From Octopus vulgaris (lineage: Eukaryota): a DNA stretch of 64,000 nt. The notes under the pieces are model-generated. The model worked only from the letters and a program-made list of their open reading frames with translations, ran no database searches and was not told the DNA's origin. The position numbers and the translations under genes were made by a program. Below are positions 56,196 to 64,000 of the stretch, one piece after another. Within the stretch, counting starts at the first letter, position 1, and each line of letters begins with the position of its first letter. The stretch covers positions 18,600,001 to 18,664,000 of the forward strand of contig OX597819.1 in NCBI GenBank assembly GCA_951406725.2. The letters run 5' to 3'.

Positions 56196-56581
56196 GGAGG
56201 CGCAATGGCCCAGTGGTTAGGGCAGCGGATTCGCGGTCGTAGGATCGCGGTTTCGATTCCCAGACCGGGCGTTGTGAGTGTTTATTGAGCGAAAACACCT
56301 AAAAAGCTCCACAAGGCTCCGGCAGGGATGGTGGTGATCCCTGCTGTACTCTTTCACCACAACTTTCTCTCACTCTTACTGTCTGTCTCTGTTGTACCTG
56401 TATTTCAAAGGGCCGGCCTTGTCACTCTCTGTGTCACGCTGAATATCCCCGAGAACTACGTTAAGGGTACACGTGTCTGTGGAGTGCTCAGCCACTTACA
56501 CGTTAATTTCACGAGCAGGCTGTTCCGTTGATCGGATCAACCGGAACCCTCGTCGTCGTAACCGACGGAGTGCTTCCTTTA
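56196..56581 (+). mobile_element. Full-length young tRNA(Arg-like)-derived SINE family D with a perfect 15-bp TSD, nested in an old family A SINE
   Basis: Head GGAGGCGCAATGGCCCAGTGGTTAGGGC...GGTTTCGATTCCC. ATTTTCCTACGCTGT at 56181-56195 and 56582-56596. Confidence 0.93.
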
Positions 56582-57597
56582 ATTTTCCTACGCTGTAATG
56601 ATTCTGCTAGTTTGTGACCTTTGATCTTGCATTAATAATAAACCCCGACAAGGGGTGAATTGGTGGCTAAATGCAGCAGGTCAGGAGATGGTTTGGAAGA
56701 CTCCATATTGGCATTAGAAGGGTCCGTTATTTATTTCCGTCGATTAAGTAAACCACAGGGAGAAAAGAATACATACTTCAGCAACACAAAGTACGCCATT
56801 TTATTTCTTGACGATAGAGTGATTGAGAAATTGGAAAATAATCGTGTTCTTCACAGATACAGAATAAATTGAAACCAAGGGATTTTGAATACATTATTTA
56901 CCAGCAGACATTATTCCAGTAAGCGAATCCACGAGACAATTTCCCTGTGCCTTTGGACCATTCTATTTTTCATATTCAATACAAATCTTATTCGCTGCAA
57001 TCATATTCGATATAAATCTTCATATTTCATAAACATATTCTATAACCGCCGTTCCTCAATTGAAACTTAACATTTCGTTCACAAAGGAGACAAATAGAAT
57101 TTAGTCTATATCTTACATCACTCACATATATGATTTGATTATATTCAGATAAAAATATTTAGAAACCTAAAATAAAGAAAAATAAAAGGAAAATCTCCTC
57201 TGATTACGAGAGGAAAATTAAAGAACACAAGAGAAGAGATAAGAATTGGTTTCGGTCTCTGATCAAAGGGATAGATATATCGAGACAAATAATTCGCCGA
57301 AATCAGAGAGAAACCCAAATGTATGTGAGGATGGTTTCTTAAATAAAAATTCAATTATAGATCTTAGAAGAAAGACTAAATCTGCTGGTGGTCTGAAAAT
57401 TAAGAACCATTATCTAATTGAATATTAAAATCACGTGGTCGGTGTAGGGTGGGAATTTGGCAGAGGAAATATACACTTCTTCACATAAACATAAAACATA
57501 CACGCAGAAGCATATACGCCTATACACATACATACGCAAACGACTGTGTGTGTGTGTGCGCGAGCATATGAGTGCACAGTCATTTACCTACTTCTCT

Positions 57598-57630
<33 letters not shown>

Positions 57631-58689
57631 AGACATACATACATGCACGTATGCATGTATGTATATGACAGAGAGTGGGACGCTCACTGATTAGCTTATT
57701 GAGTACGTTTTTACCTGTTTATAAACCTAAATATGCACGTATAGATGTATTCATATATGTGCGTATCTATGTGTGTGTTTGTTTTTACGTATGAATACGA
57801 ACAATGCATATATGCATATATGTGTACATATATATTCCAAACACAATACCCACGCAAACACACACAAACGCTTATGATAAATTGCATGTAAGTGTGCATG
57901 CGTTGAAGAGGGTCTATATGTACATGCATATTTATGAGCTCATCTATCGTTCAATATGTAGGGATATACACAGTTCGCAGCAACTTGTAGCACGTTCTCT
58001 GGGAGATATCAAGCTTCAGTGAATGTAATAACTCTTCCATGATATCAATCATTTTTATCAAACGATTCCAAATTATAATATCTGTAAATATATTCTTTAA
58101 ACCACAATTTCGTTTGAAACTAGGAATTGGCTTTGGACATTTTCATTTTTTTAATTTTCTTTTCATTTATTTTTACAATGGGAAAAGCATTTTGTACGAA
58201 CATTCCTTTGCTGACAGCCATACGCTCACTTGCACATCCCAAACACCCCCAGTCTCTCTATCCCAGCCCCTCACCCTGTCTCTCTCTCTCAAACACACAT
58301 ATGTGCGTAACTACATATTGGTGTGTGTCTGCGTGCGCGTGCTTAGAAATATACGGTTTGTATTATACATTTTGGTTCTTGGGTGAGTGTAGATATATAT
58401 ATATATATATATATATATATGCTGGAAGAGTGAGTGTGAGCGGTGTAGATGGCTGACTGCCGGAGCGATAGAGGCTCATCACCTTCACATTCAGTGTTTC
58501 GATATATTACGATTGGGGACAGATATATTGGAGCGTCTTGTGTTCGAAAATTATGAGAGAAAAATGCTGAAATATTTTTAAAGTGTATCTCATTCACTCT
58601 TACTTTCTCACACCTATTTATACAGTATACAATACATGCTTACATACATACATACATACATACATACACACACACACGTGATCGACCAG

Positions 58690-59088
58690 CTAGCTACTAA
58701 AGCATTTTAAAAATTCTCTCTGTTTATTTTCTCGTGTTCCGTTCTATTGAAGAGCGTAGGCTCGAAACATAAAAGACTTTCTCACCTTCCCGAGCATTAA
58801 ACTAATACAACTTATTGCTGTTTACACACCTGTCTTCGTCTTTTGATTTTTTTTTTGTAATTTCCAACTACATATATACGTGACCTCGTGTGTACCGTTG
58901 GCGATTTTTTTTTCCTCTGTCTTCCCTTTTCTGGATCTTTCCTTCTCCTATGTTTCCGACGAAGAGCTCCGCTCGAAACGTTATACCCCCCTTCTTCCCT
59001 CCTTTCCTGAGCGTCCAATAATACTATATTTGTTCCACGTCCTCGCGTTGTTGTGTGTTTTTGTGTTTTCTTGTTTGGATTAACTCTA
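58690..59088 (+). mobile_element. Tandem of two Penelope-like terminal modules, each with a hammerhead-like motif
   Basis: CTATTGA-A-GAGCGTAGGCTC-GAAAC-ATA at 58744-58771 and CCGACGA-A-GAGCTCCGCTC-GAAAC-GTT at 58956-58982. The 3' part recurs at 51896-51955. Confidence 0.75.
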
Positions 59089-59198
59089 CATACATACATA
59101 CATACATACATACATACATACATACATACATACATACATACATGCATGCATGCATACATACATACATACATACATACATACATGCATACATACATACG

Positions 59199-59232
<34 letters not shown>

Positions 59233-59472
59233 CATACAAACATACATACATGCATGCATGCATACATACATACATACATATATACATACATACATATATA
59301 CATACATACATACATGCATACATACATACATGCATACATACATATATACATACATACATACATACATATATACATACATACATTTATACATACATACATA
59401 CATGCATACATACATACATACATACATACATACATACATACATACATACATACATACATGCATACATACATA
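59088..59472. repeat. (TACA)n / (TGCA) tetranucleotide microsatellite
   Basis: Seen directly in the sequence. Confidence 0.95.
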
Positions 59473-59518
59473 TAAACCCTCAAGAGGTGATCAGAGTAGC
59501 AACTATACTAACAAGTAC

Positions 59519-59918
59519 AGTCATTCGCCACGTCAGAATCGCTGTTCCATGTTACTACTGGTATAGCCCCAGGCAGATTATCCGTCAGCTGATTGTCGGC
59601 GTGACGCTGCACTCTCTACATACAGTATATTTTGCTAGCAGCGGTAGCGAACACCTACCATAATCTAGCAGACAGAAGATCGCGAGACAGTTTCTCATTT
59701 ACGAGAAGCTGGCCGTCAGAGCGATAGTCGAGGTGAGACAAGCAGCTTCAAACTGAGTAAGTCTCGCGATCCTGCGTCTACTATAGGATGTTATGGGTTC
59801 ACTCCACTCCTTGCAATATATCTTGTATATAGAGGGTGAAGCACGTCACTGATAATCAGGAGGCGGACAATATTCCTGGGGTTAGACTAGTAATAAAATT
59901 TTCACGTGGCAATCGACT
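59519..59918. mobile_element. About 400 bp imperfect palindromic MITE-like element
   Basis: Nested inverted matches: AGTCATTCGCCACGT/ACGTGGCAATCGACT, CCCCAGG/CCTGGGG, CACTCTCTACATACA/TGTATATAGAGGGTG, GATCGCGAGAC/GTCTCGCGATC. Confidence 0.75.
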
Positions 59919-60214
59919 AATTTATACACACACACACATACACACACACATATACATATATATATGTATAAATCTCTAGCCACTGCACATTCTGTATTTT
60001 CTCTCCATGTTTCTCTCTGTGTTCCTTTCTATGGAAGAGCGTAGGCTCGAACGTTAAAGACTTTTTCACATCCCGAGCGCTATACTAATACATCTGTTTG
60101 TTGTCTGCACCACCTGTCTATGTCTTCTGTTTTTCTTTTTTTTGTGAACTCCCTCTCTCTCTATATATACATACATACACATTTATATATATATTGTATA
60201 AATACATACATATA

Positions 60215-61521
60215 TATAGCTCCTTCCCTGACCCTACCTCCCAACCCGGCTCGTTCCCCTGCTCCCGCCCACGTTGCCGCACTTGCCCTTACCTCTCCAA
60301 CACCACCCGCCTCACTAGCACCCACCATCGACCCTATCCCATCATCCACTCCTTCACCTGCACCTCCAGCAATATTATCTATTGCGTCTCTTGCTCTCTC
60401 TGCAATTCCTTGTACATCGGACAAACGGGACGCCGCTTGGCTGACCGGTTCGCGGAACACCTTCGTGACATCCACCTTGCGAACGACACACCGGTCTCAC
60501 GCCATTTCCGCTCCACCGGTCACTCCTTGCAACACCTATCTGTGTTCGGTTTGTCCTTACACAGAGGCCATCCGGATTCCCGTTTGCGCCGTGAACAGGG
60601 ATTAATCTTCTCTCTTCGCTCTTATACGCCATTTGGTCTCAACTCTCCCCCCTCCTCATCTAACCCCCTCCCCCCTCCTCACCTATCCTTCCCCCCGACC
60701 CCCTACTTCTTCAGTCCTTCATCCTTTCACCCCTACTCCCCTTCCCTTCTTCCCTCTTTCTCCCTCCCTCCTTCCCTCTTCCCTCTGCTCCCTCACTCCC
60801 CTTCTCTCTCCCCCTCCCCTATTTCCTCCTTCCTCCCCTCCTCCTCCCATTCCTTCTCCCCCTCCTCTCTCTCCCCCTCCTCTCCTCTTCCCCACTCTCC
60901 TCCCCTCTTCTTCCCCTCCCCTTCTCTCCCTCCCCCTCTTCTCCTCACTACACCACACGACTTTACACATCACATCATATATGATGTGCCATACAAATAC
61001 ATACACCAACTAATACATACTAATACGTACTAATACATACTAATACATACTAATACATACACCAACCCTATACATACACACGTCCAGACCCCTCATACGC
61101 ACTTATACTCTCTCATACACACACACACACACTTATACATACTAATACGTACTAATACATACTAATACATACTAATACATACACCAACCCCATACATACG
61201 CCTGTCCAGACCTTTCCTAGGGTCATTCAACCCTATTATCAACCCTATTATCTCCCCTTATTTCGCTCTCGCGTCTCATGTTTGATCTTTGACCTCTGGC
61301 CGAAATCAGATCGCCATGTTGATTCGTTAGTTACTGCACGCATTTTTTTTTCTCTCCTTCTTTCTGTGTTTTTTCTCTATGTGTATCTTTCTATTGAAGA
61401 GCGTAGGCTCGAAACGTTAAAGACTTGTTTTATTTATATTTCCTGAGCGCCATACTAATACAATTGTTTGTTTGTTTTCCACCTGCCTTCGTCTTTTGTC
61501 TATTTTCATAAAGCTTCCCGT

Positions 61522-61523
<2 letters not shown>
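60215..61523 (+). mobile_element. Penelope-like element 3' part: GIY-YIG endonuclease, pyrimidine-rich UTR, terminal hammerhead module
   Basis: Open frame PGSFPCSRPRCRTCPY...FTCTSSNIIYCVSCSLCNSLYIGQTGRRLADRFAEHLRDI...PVSRHF...RLRREQGLIFSLRSYTPFGLN (CxxxRCxxC linker plus GIY-YIG, Neptune-like). Hammerhead-like motif at 61386-61423, with a similar module upstream at 59975-60150. Confidence 0.92.
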
Positions 61524-61552
<29 letters not shown>

Positions 61553-61827
61553 GTGTATGTATTCATGTATATATATAAATATATATATATATTAGACCTG
61601 ACACCGTATATTAACCGGTGTTGTTCAAACGATGAATAGCTTCACGTAATTCTTCGGTTCGTTTTGTTCTCTTACTTTATTATCATCTTATAATCATCTC
61701 ATAATAATGACCTTTATGACTCGTATTACAACCTCAGTCAATGTAAATGTATATATTCTTCGCTACCTGTCATAAATAGCCATTTTCTGTTTGCAATATG
61801 CATTTTCGTTGATTTGTGATATTTTAC

Positions 61828-62026
<199 letters not shown>

Positions 62027-62044
62027 TATGTGTGTATATTTATA

Positions 62045-63170
62045 TAGATGTCGCGCTTGATTTCGACAGTGGTATCTACAGACCTTACTGCAAGTCCAAT
62101 CATAGACTATCATACATTAACACACCCTCTTGCAACCAAACCATGGTATTCAAAAACCTAATAAAATATATAAGTAAAGCAATTTCGAACTTATCCTCAA
62201 ATAAAAGTATTTTCGATGCAGCAGTCCCCGTTCACAATGATGCGTAAGCGGCCCGTGGGTTCCAAACCATATAGTATATATGCCAGGATCGAGCAACCAT
62301 AATAGTAAACGTCACCGCAACACCTTATGTTTCGTTCCTCGCACTCCTTAATCGTCCGGACATGCGCAGGTAAGATTTTTCTTAGGTTGGTGGATAAGCA
62401 TTTCACTCGATCACACAAATATAGAAAGATATTTAACAGACATTATTTAAGGATCTCGTTAATTTGTGCACCCAATGTTAAGAAAATATTACCTAGCACT
62501 CACAAACCACGGACAGAGGTAGGTTGTTGATGCAAGATTAGAAATGATTGCCCAGTGGACGGCCGATGTTACACCGAGGCTACAGTGTACCAAGCAAAGG
62601 TAGCCTCAAACGGAAGCAGCACAAATAACAGCAACATCAATACCAACACAGGAACACACCCTAAAATTTACGTCGGATCTTGTGAATCCAAATTTAAAAT
62701 TCACCTGAACAGCCACAGATCTTCTGTCTGGGTGTCAGAGAGACGTTCGCAGCATAAATATGGTGCCTGAAGGACGATCATACGCCCTTCAACATCAAGA
62801 GGAAAACATTAGAAACATGTGGACCCTATTGCAATGGACCAAAGCTGTGTAAGATGTGGAGAAAGATATATCATCCTAATGAATCCACATGAATCAGGAG
62901 GCGATCTAAATTCAAAGACGGTAGCGCTGGGGAGTCGTGCACAGTTTCGGAAATTTTTACTTCTACGAAAATGCCACAAATTGTATGCAAACACCTCTAA
63001 GCATATATAATCAAACGGACTGTGCATATAATGCCACACTTATAGACACATGGGGTCATGCCTTAGAGCTCAAAATCGGGACTGTAGTTTCATCCTGTAT
63101 AAAATGTATTTCCCAAAACCTATTTCGTCGTCCATTCCACATTTTATATTCATTCTCTGACTTTTGATAA
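62045..63170 (+). pseudogene. Degenerate Penelope/Poseidon-like RT C-terminus plus GIY-YIG
   Basis: [18 protein letters not shown]...[62 protein letters not shown]...IYVGSCESKFK...HRSS. Contains stops and frameshifts. Confidence 0.88.
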
Positions 63171-63512
63171 CGAAGGCTAACATCATATAAAGAACAAATG
63201 ACCATTTAAAATTGGTCTTCCGGGCATAAATAAGAAAGAAACGAAATAATGCTACCTTTGAAAGGCCAGCGTCAAATACAAACAGTTTTCTAGCAATCTT
63301 GCTGGAAACTTTGCGTATATGTTCATCAGTGTTTACGAATATATTTTCTACCCAGGAATGTTTCCGGTAGATTCTCTTCCACACGGGCGTTTATATACTT
63401 TTAGTTCATATTCTTGATTTAATATAAACAAATGTTTAAAGGATGTAAACGTGAAACACAAATTAAAACTTAGAACATATCAAGCTTAAATAAATATATA
63501 ATAAATGTATAC

Positions 63513-63552
<40 letters not shown>

Positions 63553-63842
63553 GTCCAAAATACGTAAATGTATATGTGTGTACAGGTGCATATATAATGA
63601 TATATTTAGATAAATGTAGAGAGTTAAGAAAGGCGTATATTTTAAATTGGTAATGAATATTTTGCTGCGCTTACTCTCGGAAAAGCATATGAAGAATTCA
63701 CAAGCAATCATGTCTTTTGGCGTAAAAACGCCGCTCGCGTGGTTATGTGTATTTGTGGACTTTGGATATTACTTAAAGCCTGTATCATTCTTGCATTGCC
63801 GTAGGGTTACAGTACATACACACAGAGACACAGACACACCAT

Positions 63843-63921
<79 letters not shown>

Positions 63922-63943
63922 TAATGATAAATCTCAGAGCGAG

Positions 63944-63992
<49 letters not shown>

Positions 63993-64000
63993 TATATATG

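Noticed and set aside
56196-56275. tRNA genes here and at 50840-50913, 41890-41961 and 33103-33175
   Set aside because: A and B boxes are present, but there is no proper acceptor stem and each continues into a repeated SINE body.
58812-59663. ORFs of 120-223 aa made of YVCM or HTYI repeats (also the YIYI and CVCV ORFs throughout)
   Set aside because: Direct translations of (TACA)n, (TA)n and (TG)n microsatellites.

Overview
AT-rich animal genomic DNA with an extreme density of microsatellites ((TA)n, (TACA)n, (CA)n, (TAA)n, (CAT)n, (CAC)n, (CAA)n, (GAA)n) and many retroposon relics. The repeat make-up and SINE sequences look like a cephalopod (Octopus) genome, which is an inference from recalled repeat families. 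No host protein-coding gene could be called confidently, and almost all ORFs in the track are microsatellite translations. The real coding remnants are all transposon-derived: restriction-like-endonuclease (R4/Dong-type) non-LTR 3' ends (604, 44420, 49521, 53322), CR1-type RT relics (26400, 43560), a possible RTE relic, a Gypsy gag relic (33860), two mariner relics (25963, 53855), two Penelope-like (GIY-YIG) relics (60215, 62045) and a non-autonomous Helitron (23165). At least four tRNA-derived SINE families are also present. The most notable signals are: (i) many minimal type-I hammerhead-ribozyme motifs in short, TA-flanked, often fold-back elements; (ii) RLE retroelement families each tied to a different microsatellite (TAA, TACA, CAA); (iii) SINE multimers with an identical internal junction and one flanking target-site duplication; (iv) a scrambled tandem plus inverted block at 39.4-40.7 kb that may be a read or assembly artefact. 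All alignments and translations were done by eye, so boundaries are approximate.
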